Assembly: GCA_002441445.1 (NCBI GenBank)
Contig: DJWC01000085.1
Coordinates: 34,798 to 98,797, forward strand
DNA length: 64,000 nucleotides
Direction: 5' to 3'
Source of the DNA: Pusillimonas sp. UBA6240
GTDB lineage: Bacteria > Pseudomonadota > Gammaproteobacteria > Burkholderiales > Burkholderiaceae_B
A model generated the notes under the pieces. It was not told the origin of the DNA and searched no databases. It worked only from the letters and a program-made list of their open reading frames with translations. This document shows positions 1 to 8,734 of the stretch, one piece after another (positions within the stretch are counted from its first letter, which is position 1; each line of letters starts with the position of its first letter). A program made the translations under genes and the position numbers.

Positions 1-28
1 CGGCTGAGCGTGGCTTGCAGCTATTGCA

Positions 29-47
29 ATACTACGAACAGTAGTAT
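29..47. promoter_or_regulatory. Perfect inverted repeat ATACTAC-N5-GTAGTAT; candidate LysR-type operator upstream of the LysR gene
   Basis: Read directly: atactac gaaca gtagtat at 29-47, 45 nt upstream of the ATG at 92 in an AT-rich stretch. It fits the T-N11-A style dyads used by LysR regulators. The GTAGTAT half-site recurs at 1211-1217. Confidence 0.3.
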
Positions 48-91
48 CATTCGTCAAATATATGAAAAGAATGATGTGATATTTAATAAAT

Positions 92-1006
92 ATGGAACTT
101 AGACATTTACGGTATTTTCTTGCCGTCGCTCATGAACTCCACTTCACGCGGGCGGCGGAACGGTTGGGAATAGGGCAGCCGCCTTTGAGCCAGCAAATCC
201 AGCAACTGGAGCGCGAGCTAGGGGTGACCTTGCTATTGCGTGGGCGCCGTGGTGTGGAGCTGACCGATGCCGGCCTTGCATTTCGCGAGGAAGCGATACG
301 CGTTCTAAATGCGGCCGAGCGAGCCATCGAGACGACAAGGCGAGTCGGCAATAGCCAGATCGATAAGCTCACCGTCGGGTTTACCGTCTCGGCAAGCATT
401 CATCCATTCGTGCCCAGAGTGATTCAAGCGTGCCGAGAACGCTTTCCCAGCGTAGAGATCGTTCTATTGCAGCGAACGACCAACGAGCTCGTAGCCGCCA
501 TTGGGGAACAGCATGTGGACCTCGCCTTCATTCGCGCTCCGGCCCCGAAGGCCTCCAATGTTCAAGTGGAAGTCCTTCTGCATGAGCCTCTTGTCGCGGT
601 ATTGCCAAGCGCACACCGGCTTGCCGCTCATACCGCCATAAGCCTAAGGGAGCTGAACGGAGAGCCTTTTATTTTTTATCCGCGAAAAGTCGGAACGGGC
701 ATATACGACGAGGTTGTGCACGCCTGCCAGAGCTGTGGATTCACGCCTGAAGTCCGCCTGGAAGTGCCGGAAATGACGTCCGTCATTACCTTTGTGGCCG
801 CCGGCATGGGGGTGTCGCTCGTCCCGGCCACAATGCGGCAATTGCGGGCGGAAGGCGTAACCTACGTATCGATAGCGGATGAAGAAATTCCTCAAGCGCA
901 TCTTGCAATCGCCTTTAACCAGCGCGCGCTTTCCACGGCATTGAGCCGCTTCATTATGGGAGTCAGGGAGTTCGCCGCGAACACCCATTACCACGCATCG
1001 AATTGA
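92..1006 (+). CDS. LysR-family transcriptional regulator
   Basis: 304-aa ORF. N-terminal wHTH MELRHLRYFLAVAHELHFTRAAERLGIGQPPLSQQIQQLE is typical of LysR, followed by a C-terminal effector-binding domain. Confidence 0.9.
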   Translation: MELRHLRYFLAVAHELHFTRAAERLGIGQPPLSQQIQQLERELGVTLLLRGRRGVELTDAGLAFREEAIRVLNAAERAIETTRRVGNSQIDKLTVGFTVSASIHPFVPRVIQACRERFPSVEIVLLQRTTNELVAAIGEQHVDLAFIRAPAPKASNVQVEVLLHEPLVAVLPSAHRLAAHTAISLRELNGEPFIFYPRKVGTGIYDEVVHACQSCGFTPEVRLEVPEMTSVITFVAAGMGVSLVPATMRQLRAEGVTYVSIADEEIPQAHLAIAFNQRALSTALSRFIMGVREFAANTHYHASN

Positions 1007-1379
1007 TCCATCACCTCGATCGAACTGGAAGTGACATAGAGCGCGCAATCGTCGGTGCGATGACCTGGCTCCCAGGGGGCCGGGCTTGCGGTTGCTTCTT
1101 CCCTTCTAATCCATGGAACTTGGTACATGTGTACCTGAGTTTATGGGTTTTATACACACTGCGTGCTCAGTTATTCATCATAGCGTGAATTATTTACGCA
1201 TTAACTCCTAGTAGTATCCGGAACACGGCTTTTTTCACCAGATCGTGGCTTGTCAAGGGGGCGGAAGATCCCCTGGGGTTGCGGTAACGGCCGTACATGA
1301 TGGCACCGCCGCAAGATGGAAACCCGCTCTATGCGGGGCTTGCAGGGTGCTCGGCTAATTTATCGAGAGGAGTACGTCA

Positions 1380-2351
1380 ATGGTGTGGTTCAAACGTTTT
1401 AATGCTGCGGCTTTAGTTTGCGCTTGCGCTGTGTCTGCGCTGTCGGCGGCGCAAGCGCAGACCTATCCGTCGAAACCCGTCAGGCTGACTGTCGGATTCG
1501 CCCCTGGCGGCGCGGCCGACATAGCGGGCCGATTGATGGCGCAGTCGCTCACCCAGGCCTTGGGAGGGAATTTCGTCGTCGAGAATAAACCGGGCGCCGG
1601 CGGTTTGATGGCGCTCGATATGGTTGCAAGGTCGTTGCCCGATGGTTACTCGATAGCGGTGGGTACTCCGGGGCCTCTTACCATCAGTCCGGAGTGGTAC
1701 AAGGAGGAGCTGGCATTCGATCCGGAGGAGAAGCTCGACCCGGTCGTGAAGTTCGCCAGCACGCCAGGGCTGATTCTCGTGCGGAATGATCTGAAGGCCG
1801 ATAGCATCGGCGCCCTCATTGAACTCTCGAAGAAAGCGCAGCCATTGATGATGGCTTCCGCGGGAGCGGGAAGCGTTATGCATCTGACGGGGGAATATTT
1901 TCAAGAGCAAAACAATATCAATTGGGTTCACGTTCCCTATAAAGGAAGCAACCCCGCATTGATCGATCTGATCGCCGGCCGTGTCGACGTCATGGTGGAT
2001 CTGGAGCCGGCCGCGCTGCCGCATATCATCTCCGGCCGCATCAAGGCATTGGCCATCACGGCGCCCGAGCGATCCAAACAGCTTCCCGATGTTCCAACCA
2101 TGGACGAGCTCGGATACCGTGGATACCACTTGGGCTCATGGTGGTCGCTGTCCGTCCCCAAAGGCACACCGGCAGGAGTCATAGAAAAACTGAATGCGGC
2201 AATCAACGACGCACTGAAAAAGCCGGAGGTGATCAAGCAGCTTGCCAGCCTTGGCGCTGTGCCCGCGGGCGGCAGCCCCGAAGACTTGGGCCAGCAAATC
2301 CGGGAAGATTCGGAGCGCTGGCGCAGAATCATTCAGTCCGCCAAGCGATGA
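1380..2351 (+). CDS. Bug/TctC-family (tripartite tricarboxylate transporter) periplasmic substrate-binding protein
   Basis: 323 aa. Signal peptide ending AQA, then the family hallmark YPSKPVRLTVGFAPGGAADI and ...VPYKGS... Confidence 0.9.
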   Translation: MVWFKRFNAAALVCACAVSALSAAQAQTYPSKPVRLTVGFAPGGAADIAGRLMAQSLTQALGGNFVVENKPGAGGLMALDMVARSLPDGYSIAVGTPGPLTISPEWYKEELAFDPEEKLDPVVKFASTPGLILVRNDLKADSIGALIELSKKAQPLMMASAGAGSVMHLTGEYFQEQNNINWVHVPYKGSNPALIDLIAGRVDVMVDLEPAALPHIISGRIKALAITAPERSKQLPDVPTMDELGYRGYHLGSWWSLSVPKGTPAGVIEKLNAAINDALKKPEVIKQLASLGAVPAGGSPEDLGQQIREDSERWRRIIQSAKR

Positions 2352-2391
2352 GTCCGCCACGTTGTTTATTACCAATCAGGAAGGAAAGGAT

Positions 2392-3516
2392 ATGACCAAG
2401 GTCGCTGTGATAGGCAATACTTCCCGCAATATTGGCGCCGCTTGCGCAGCCGATCTGGCGCTGTCGGGACATGATGTGCGCTACTTTCTCTTTCCAGAGG
2501 CGGCCGGCGAGCTGCCTGCCTTGCAGAAGCTCGGTGGCTTCGACGTGCGCGGCGATGCCCATACCTTCTTCGCGGGCCGCACCGGCAAGGCGGTTCTCCA
2601 CGCCATTTGCAGCGATCCGAAGGATGCGCTCGAGCTCGCGGAAGTGGTTCTACTGGATGTGGAGATGTCTCGACTCGAGCAACAATTCCAGAAAATCATT
2701 CCATGGCTGCCGCGAGGCGCCCTGGTCTATGTGCAGAGTTTCGGCTACTGGGCGGCGGCGCGCTTGGCTCCGCTGCTGCGCGCCGCGGGTCGTGGCGACG
2801 TACTGGTTTGCGAAGCCGCCGTGCCGACGCATGCCGCGTCGTTATCGGAAGGCGTGCTCACCGGCGCCGTCCTGCGGCGCGGAATCGAAATCGCCACAAT
2901 GCCGGGGCATCGCGTTGATGATGCGCTAAAGCTGTTGAGGACGCTCTTTCCGGATTTTGTGGCCGCGCCGTCGGTATTGCAGACGAGCCTGGAATCTGTG
3001 AATCTGATGGTGCATCCAGCGATGGCGCTGCTAGGCATCGGCGTCATGGAGCAGGCGGCCGGCAGGGGCGAACGCATACATTTTTATCGCGATTGCAATG
3101 TCCCCAGCGCGGGAAGGTTGGCGGAAGCTTTGGACGACGAACGTGGACGGGTGTGCGCAGCCTACGGCGTCCGGCATCGCCGCTTGCCTGTTGCGATTGA
3201 TCATTATTACGGCACCAGCGGCGACCGCGTTTATGATGCGGTATTGAACTGCGCGGCTTATCAGCGGGGATTCGGAACCGTGCCCGCCCACACTTGGCGC
3301 AACTGGGAACTGGTTGACGTGTCGTATGCGATTGCGCCCTTGGTCATGCTGGCGGATCAAGCGGGCATCGCTGCTCCCCTGCACCGCGGTGCGGCGGAAA
3401 TCCTGGGCGTGGTGCTGGGCATAGATCCCTGGACTTCGGGCCCATCTCTGAAAGATATGGATCTGGTGGGTTCATCCGACGAGCTTGCGGCCAGGTATGG
3501 CGGCTTGCAAGCATGA
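2392..3516 (+). CDS. NAD/NADP octopine/nopaline (opine) dehydrogenase-family oxidoreductase
   Basis: Internal ATG at 2392 is preceded by aggaaggaaagga (SD). The longer track ORF from 2242 overlaps the Bug gene. N-terminus MTKVAVIG...AADLALSGHDV and the C-terminal opine-DH-like region (NLMVHPAMALLG). Confidence 0.75.
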   Translation: MTKVAVIGNTSRNIGAACAADLALSGHDVRYFLFPEAAGELPALQKLGGFDVRGDAHTFFAGRTGKAVLHAICSDPKDALELAEVVLLDVEMSRLEQQFQKIIPWLPRGALVYVQSFGYWAAARLAPLLRAAGRGDVLVCEAAVPTHAASLSEGVLTGAVLRRGIEIATMPGHRVDDALKLLRTLFPDFVAAPSVLQTSLESVNLMVHPAMALLGIGVMEQAAGRGERIHFYRDCNVPSAGRLAEALDDERGRVCAAYGVRHRRLPVAIDHYYGTSGDRVYDAVLNCAAYQRGFGTVPAHTWRNWELVDVSYAIAPLVMLADQAGIAAPLHRGAAEILGVVLGIDPWTSGPSLKDMDLVGSSDELAARYGGLQA

Positions 3517-3521
3517 TGCAA

Positions 3522-3542
3522 AGGCCGCCGCCTCGGCGGCCT
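3522..3542. terminator. Hairpin between convergent genes (9-bp perfect stem AGGCCGCCG/CGGCGGCCT, 3-nt loop)
   Basis: Read directly, 6 nt after the TGA at 3514-3516. Lies between the + strand opine-DH gene and the - strand GntR gene. No clear U-tract. Confidence 0.5.
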
Positions 3543-3597
3543 CTGTGTTCAGCATTGCTTGGCGATGGACCGGCCGCAGCGGCCGTCGGCATGGCGC

Positions 3598-4422
3598 CTA
3601 TGAACCATGGTGTGCATGAAGCTGTTCCCCTGCTTCGCCGCTGTCGGATTTCCCAAGCATCGATTTGTGCGCACCGCCGAAGCGGCGCACCAGCTCGTCG
3701 CCGTGCTGGGTTATGTGCTGCTTCAACAGGGCCTGAGCGGCTTCTGTGTCTTTATTTTTACAGGCCTCGAGGATTTGCCGGTGTTCGCGCAGGACATCGG
3801 TCCATTCATTGGTATTCTGGATCCCCGACCCCGCCGGGGGCGACAGCAGGGCGGGCGCCACGATATTCAGCCGCATGCGCAAATGCCGCGCAAAGAGAAG
3901 ATTCAGGTTTTCGATGGTATCCAATAGTCTCGTCTTGCCGCAGGCTGCGTATAGCGCGCGATGGAATCCCCAGTTGCCGTCGCCCCACCGTGTTTCGAAT
4001 TCCGCTTTGGTCTCGTCCATGCCGGTGGCGGCCCGGCGCAGGCTTGCCTCCGCTTCATCGAGAATGGCGCCGGCGGCGGCCAAGTCGTCCTGTGTCAGAC
4101 GCTCTATCGCGAACCCCAGCGCGAGCGGCTCGAGAGCGAGCCTCATTTCAAGAATTTCCTGGAAGTCCTCGGCGTTCAGCGAGGTGACCACCGTGCCTCT
4201 GCGCGGCCGTGTTTCAACCAGCCCATCGCCTTCCAGTTTCAAAAGCGCTTCGCGTATCGGCACCCGGCTGACCTGGAACCGGGCGGCCAAGTCGGCCTGC
4301 CGCAGCACTTCGCCATCCGCCAGCGCGCCGGCCAATATGGCTTGGCGCAAGCCTTCGGCAATGGCGTCGGCCAAAGTCTGCGAGCTGCGCGTCGATTGTT
4401 GAATGTATCCGCTAATGTCCAT
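3598..4422 (-). CDS. GntR-family transcriptional regulator with FCD (FadR C-terminal) domain
   Basis: w[33 protein letters not shown] followed by a helical FCD-type domain. Start is uncertain: ATG at 4422 (MDISGY...) is preferred because the ATG at 4479 would cover the putative nitrilase promoter. Confidence 0.85.
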   Translation of the reverse strand: MDISGYIQQSTRSSQTLADAIAEGLRQAILAGALADGEVLRQADLAARFQVSRVPIREALLKLEGDGLVETRPRRGTVVTSLNAEDFQEILEMRLALEPLALGFAIERLTQDDLAAAGAILDEAEASLRRAATGMDETKAEFETRWGDGNWGFHRALYAACGKTRLLDTIENLNLLFARHLRMRLNIVAPALLSPPAGSGIQNTNEWTDVLREHRQILEACKNKDTEAAQALLKQHITQHGDELVRRFGGAHKSMLGKSDSGEAGEQLHAHHGS

Positions 4423-4464
4423 TTCAACTTTATAGCGCAAAGCCGCCTCGCGTGGGAATAGTTG

Positions 4465-4497
4465 TTGACGAGATGCCATTACCAGTTTATGCTGGCA
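4465..4497 (+). promoter_or_regulatory. Putative sigma70 promoter of the nitrilase operon, overlapped by an imperfect dyad (candidate GntR operator)
   Basis: TTGACG (4465-4470), 17-nt spacer, TATGCT (4488-4493). The dyad TACCAG-N6-CTGGCA (4480-4497) overlaps the -10. Pattern match only. Confidence 0.3.
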
Positions 4498-4538
4498 AAA
4501 AATGTATACAATCGAACGTATTCAAAATGGGAAAAAGA

Positions 4539-5528
4539 ATGGAGAAAAAAATCACTGTTGCGGTGGTCCAGGCGGCGCCGGTCGCCTTCGATCTGCCGGC
4601 GACCCTTGCCAAAGTAGCCGAGCAAACGGCGAAGGCGGCCAGTCAGGGGGCCCAGCTGGTCCTCTTTCCCGAGGCCTTCGTCGGCGCATATCCGCGAGGC
4701 TTGTCTTTCGGCGCCACCGTGGGCAACAGAAGCGCCGAGGGCAGGGATCAATATCGGCTGTATTGGGAAAACGCCATCGACATCCCGGGCGATGAAACGC
4801 GGCAGATGGCCGAAATCGCCGCCCAAAACGGCCTTTACCTCGTCGTCGGCGTCATCGAGCGCGAAGGGGGTACGCTTTATTGCACGGTGGTGTTCTTCGG
4901 TCCCGATGGCCGCTATCTGGGGAAGCACCGCAAACTGATGCCGACCGGATCCGAGCGGTTGATCTGGGGCTATGGGGATGGCTCCACCATGCCGGTCTTC
5001 GATACACCGCTGGGGAAGATAGGCGCGGTCATCTGCTGGGAAAACTATATGCCCCTGATGCGCGCCGCCCATTATGCGAAAGGGGTGCAGATCTACCTCG
5101 CCCCCACGGCCGACGGGCGCGAAACCTGGCTATCCACCGTCAGGCATATCGCGATGGAAGGGCGCTGCTTCGTGCTGTCGTGCAACCAGTTTGCCCGGCG
5201 GGTCGATTATCCCAAGGAGTACGCGACTGACTTTGGCGATGATCCCGATACGGTCATGTCGCGGGGCGGCAGCTGCATCATCAGCCCGCTGGGCGAGGTC
5301 CTGGCCGGGCCCGACTATGAAGGCGAGGCAGTGCTTGTCGCGCAACTCGACCTTGGCGACATCGCCAGGGGCAAGTTTGATTTCGATGCGGTCGGCCATT
5401 ATGCGCGCCCCGACGTTTTCACTTTACTCGTTAACGAACAGCCTGCATCGCCCGTGACTTTCCGTGGAAGCGCGGGCGCGGCGGCAAGCGCTTCCACGGA
5501 AGCATCTTCAAAACTCCCTCAGTCATAG
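4539..5528 (+). CDS. Nitrilase (carbon-nitrogen hydrolase superfamily)
   Basis: Glu-Lys-Cys triad contexts are visible: [27 protein letters not shown]. Length is about 329 aa from the ATG at 4539 (alternative ATG at 4527). Confidence 0.9.
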   Translation: MEKKITVAVVQAAPVAFDLPATLAKVAEQTAKAASQGAQLVLFPEAFVGAYPRGLSFGATVGNRSAEGRDQYRLYWENAIDIPGDETRQMAEIAAQNGLYLVVGVIEREGGTLYCTVVFFGPDGRYLGKHRKLMPTGSERLIWGYGDGSTMPVFDTPLGKIGAVICWENYMPLMRAAHYAKGVQIYLAPTADGRETWLSTVRHIAMEGRCFVLSCNQFARRVDYPKEYATDFGDDPDTVMSRGGSCIISPLGEVLAGPDYEGEAVLVAQLDLGDIARGKFDFDAVGHYARPDVFTLLVNEQPASPVTFRGSAGAAASASTEASSKLPQS

Positions 5529-5556
5529 ACGACAACACGGATAAAGGATACGACTC

Positions 5557-6501
5557 ATGAAAATACTGGTTCTCGGCGCCGGCGGCATCGGCGGCTTGTT
5601 TGGCGGGCGGCTGGCTCAGGCCGGAGCGGACATCACCTTCGTCGTACGTGAAAAGCGCAAGGCGCAGCTCGCCGACCAAGGCCTGCGGATCGAAAGTCCT
5701 TATGGCGATGCGACGCTGCATGTGAACGCAAAGCTGCAATCGGAATTGGAGCCCGTCTATGACTTGGTGCTGCTGACCTGCAAGGCTTACGACCTGCCAG
5801 CGGCGATCGAAACGATACGCCCGGCGATGTCTGTGGAAACCGCGGTGCTGCCGCTCTTGAATGGCCTGGCGCACATCGAGCTGCTGAACAACGAATTCGG
5901 TGCACGCAATGTGATTCCGGGCAGCGCCCGCATTCAATTGACGCTTACACCGGACGGGGTCGTAAAACAGCTCAATGATTGGCAGACCATCACTTTCGGC
6001 GAGCAGGATGGGGCCAGCTCGGCGCGGGTCGCCGCGCTGAAAGCCTTGTTCGACAAGACGCCGATCGAAGCCAAGGTGTCGGCCAACATCATGCGCGAGC
6101 TGTGGATGAAGCTGGTCCATTTGTCGACGGTAGCGGGCATGACTTGCCTGATGCGGGCGAACCTCGGCGAGATCATCCGCACTCCCGACGGAAGCGCGTT
6201 ATTGAAGAACTTCTTGCAGCTCAATGCCGATATCGCCGCCCACGCTGGATACAAGCCCGACGACGCGTTCATGCGCAACTATCACGAGCTTTTTTCCCAG
6301 CGCGATTCGCTTTATGAAGCGTCGATGGCGCGCGATCTCGAAAAGGGCGGTCCCGTCGAGTCCGAGCAAATCCTTGGTTTCATGCTGAGGAAATGCAGGG
6401 AGGCCGGGTTGCCGGACACCCTTCATGCGGTCGCCTACACCCACATAAAGGCCTACGAAGAACGCCGTGCCGCGGGAAGACTGCGGGTATCGCAGGGCTA
6501 A
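5557..6501 (+). CDS. 2-dehydropantoate 2-reductase (ketopantoate reductase, PanE/ApbA) family oxidoreductase
   Basis: 314 aa. N-terminal Rossmann MKILVLGAGGIGGLFGGRLAQAG with family-typical length and C-terminal domain. Confidence 0.8.
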   Translation: MKILVLGAGGIGGLFGGRLAQAGADITFVVREKRKAQLADQGLRIESPYGDATLHVNAKLQSELEPVYDLVLLTCKAYDLPAAIETIRPAMSVETAVLPLLNGLAHIELLNNEFGARNVIPGSARIQLTLTPDGVVKQLNDWQTITFGEQDGASSARVAALKALFDKTPIEAKVSANIMRELWMKLVHLSTVAGMTCLMRANLGEIIRTPDGSALLKNFLQLNADIAAHAGYKPDDAFMRNYHELFSQRDSLYEASMARDLEKGGPVESEQILGFMLRKCREAGLPDTLHAVAYTHIKAYEERRAAGRLRVSQG

Positions 6502-6517
6502 AGGACGGGATCGATTC

Positions 6518-7579
6518 ATGGCCAAAATCAAAGTAGCCGTGATTCCGGGAGACGGGATCGGCAAGGAAGTGATGCCGGAAGGCATGCGTGTTCTAGAGGC
6601 GGCGGGCAAGCGCTTCGGCCTCGGTTTCGAATGGGATCACTTTCCATGGAGCTGCGAGTACTACGCCAGGCATGGACATATGATGCCGGCCAACGGGCTG
6701 CAGCAGATTCGCCACCACGACGCCATATATCTGGGCGCCGTCGGTTTTCCGGGCGTCCCGGACCATGTGTCGTTATGGGGCCTGCTGATTCCGATCCGCC
6801 GCGAGTTTCAGCAGTATGCGAACGTGCGGCCGGTGCGCCTCATGCCCGGAATCACATCGCCGCTTGCCGGCCGCAAGATCGGCGATATCGACTTCATGGT
6901 GGTTCGAGAAAATACGGAAGGGGAATATTCATCGGCCGGAGAGCGGAAGTTCGAAGGGACCGATGCCGAGCAGGCCGTCCAGCAAAGCACGTTCACGCGC
7001 AAGGGCGTCGACAGGATTCTGCGCTATGCATTCGATATGGCGCAAAGCCGTCCCAAGAAGCACCTGACCTCGGCGACCAAATCAAATGGCATTTCGGTCA
7101 CCATGCCTTATTGGGATGAGCGCGTGGCCAACATGGCCCGACACTATCCGGATGTCAAAGTCGATCAATACCACATCGACATACTGACCGCCCACTTTGT
7201 TTTGAATCCGCAGCGGTTCGATGTGGTGGTGGGGTCCAACCTGTTCGGCGACATCTTGTCGGACCTGGGGCCCGCCATTGCGGGCACCATCGGGATCGCC
7301 CCATCCGCGAACCTGAATCCAGAGCGGGACTTCCCATCCATGTTCGAACCGGTGCATGGGTCGGCGCCGGACATCTATGGCCAAGGCATCGCAAACCCTA
7401 TCGGCCAGATCTGGTCGGGCGCAATGCTGCTCGATCACTTGGGCTACCGCGATGCGGGCGCGGCGATCGTCAAGGCCATCGAAACGGTGCTGCTCGATGG
7501 GCCGAGGACCCGGGATATCGGGGGAAGGTCGGGAACCGCCGAAGTCGGAAAGGCGATTGCGGAGGCCGTCGCTGCGTAA
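6518..7579 (+). CDS. ttuC: Tartrate dehydrogenase/decarboxylase / D-malate dehydrogenase (isocitrate/isopropylmalate dehydrogenase family)
   Basis: MAKIKVAVIPGDGIGKEVMPEG..., ...NLFGDILSDLGPAIAGTIGIAPSAN... The ATG at 6518 follows the upstream stop. The track ORF from 6467 overlaps the previous gene. Confidence 0.85.
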   Translation: MAKIKVAVIPGDGIGKEVMPEGMRVLEAAGKRFGLGFEWDHFPWSCEYYARHGHMMPANGLQQIRHHDAIYLGAVGFPGVPDHVSLWGLLIPIRREFQQYANVRPVRLMPGITSPLAGRKIGDIDFMVVRENTEGEYSSAGERKFEGTDAEQAVQQSTFTRKGVDRILRYAFDMAQSRPKKHLTSATKSNGISVTMPYWDERVANMARHYPDVKVDQYHIDILTAHFVLNPQRFDVVVGSNLFGDILSDLGPAIAGTIGIAPSANLNPERDFPSMFEPVHGSAPDIYGQGIANPIGQIWSGAMLLDHLGYRDAGAAIVKAIETVLLDGPRTRDIGGRSGTAEVGKAIAEAVAA

Positions 7580-7625
7580 AGCCGGCGCTCGCGGTCGGCG
7601 CGTGAACACGGCAAATCGAGGCGGC

Positions 7626-7639
7626 GGGGGGGGGGGGGG
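7626..7639. repeat. Homopolymeric G14 tract in an intergenic spacer
   Basis: Counted directly: 14 consecutive G, 51 nt upstream of the Bug ATG at 7691 and 46 nt after the ttuC-like stop. Confidence 0.95.
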
Positions 7640-7690
7640 CGCACGCCGGCAGCCATCAATGCTCAAACATCAACTATCAAAGGAAAGACC

Positions 7691-8674
7691 ATGGAGACAA
7701 TACTCAAGAATCTGTGCGGCGCGGCTGTACTCGCTTTGTGCAGCATTACAGCAGCCTCGGCCGCCACTGAATCGTATCCCAATAAAACGATTACGCTTAT
7801 CGTTCCGTTCGCTCCCGGAGGCCCGGCGGACATCATGGGACGGACGATTGCCAAGAACCTGGCCGATGACTTGGGGCAAGCGATCGTCGTAGTGAACAAG
7901 GCGGGCGCGGGCGGCAACATCGGGACCGATGCGTTGGCGAAGTCCAACCCGGACGGCTACACACTGGGCATCAGCCTGATCAGCAGCCTGGCCATAGCGC
8001 CCAGTCTCTATTCCAAGCTGCCTTACGACGTTAAGCGGGACATTGCGCCGATTTCCATGGTCGGCATAGCCACGCCCGCCATCCTGGCTCACCCTTCAGC
8101 TCCCTTCAATACCTTCGACGAGATGATCCGGTATGCGAAGGCCCACCCCGGGACGCTGAATTACTCTACGCCGGGCGTTGGGACGGCACCGCATCTTGCC
8201 GCTGAATATCTCAGTTCTCTCGCAGGCATCGACCTCGTGCATGTGCCGTACAAGGGTACGGCGCCGGCATCTCAGGACTTATTGGCCGGCGTCATTCCCA
8301 TGGGCTTTGAAAGCTCCCTGGTCACGGCATCGAAGTTCGTCGACAGCGGCAAGCTGAAAGCGATTGCGGTTCTAACCAAGGACAGGTCGGACTTGCTTCC
8401 CAAGGTGCCCACTGTTTCCGAACTGGGATATCCCGGCTTCGATGCCGCGAACTGGTTCTGCCTGGTCGCGCCCGCCAATACGCCTCCGCAGATAATCGAA
8501 AAGCTGAACCGGCTGACGGCGGCCGCCTTGAAAACGCCCGAGATCGTTGCCAAGTTCGCGGAAATCGGCGTGGTTGCGCAATCCATGTCGCCCGCCGAAT
8601 TGGCGGCTTATATCGACAAGGAAACGAAGCACTGGCGGGAAATCATCGTGGCGAACAATATCAAGGCGGAATAG
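7691..8674 (+). CDS. Bug/TctC-family periplasmic substrate-binding protein
   Basis: 327 aa. Signal peptide ...ASAA, then YPNKTITLIVPFAPGGPADI. SD aaggaaag lies upstream. Confidence 0.9.
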   Translation: METILKNLCGAAVLALCSITAASAATESYPNKTITLIVPFAPGGPADIMGRTIAKNLADDLGQAIVVVNKAGAGGNIGTDALAKSNPDGYTLGISLISSLAIAPSLYSKLPYDVKRDIAPISMVGIATPAILAHPSAPFNTFDEMIRYAKAHPGTLNYSTPGVGTAPHLAAEYLSSLAGIDLVHVPYKGTAPASQDLLAGVIPMGFESSLVTASKFVDSGKLKAIAVLTKDRSDLLPKVPTVSELGYPGFDAANWFCLVAPANTPPQIIEKLNRLTAAALKTPEIVAKFAEIGVVAQSMSPAELAAYIDKETKHWREIIVANNIKAE

Positions 8675-8687
8675 CACGGCCGGCGCC

Positions 8688-8734
8688 GCCGATGCCCGGC
8701 CCAGGCGTCACGCGCACGCCTGGGCCGCATCGGC
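8688..8734. terminator. Long GC-rich hairpin (8+11 bp stem with a 2-nt bulge, 7-nt loop) between convergent genes, overlapping the stop codon of the - strand gene
   Basis: GCCGATGC-cc-GGCCCAGGCGT cacgcgc ACGCCTGGGCC-GCATCGGC, read directly. The 3-prime arm lies inside the last codons of the 8708..10828 gene. Confidence 0.55.

Noticed and set aside
1003-1188. 61-aa ORF (TTG start) in the spacer between the LysR gene and the first Bug gene
   Set aside because: It overlaps the LysR stop, has no SD and no recognisable motif. The region looks like a promoter (AT-rich 1130-1220).
7082-7892. ORFs 7356..7892 (+) and 7082..7666 (-) that read through the G14 tract as poly-Gly or poly-Pro
   Set aside because: Both overlap the well-supported tartrate dehydrogenase and Bug genes out of frame and have junk-like composition. 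The G-tract is best treated as intergenic.
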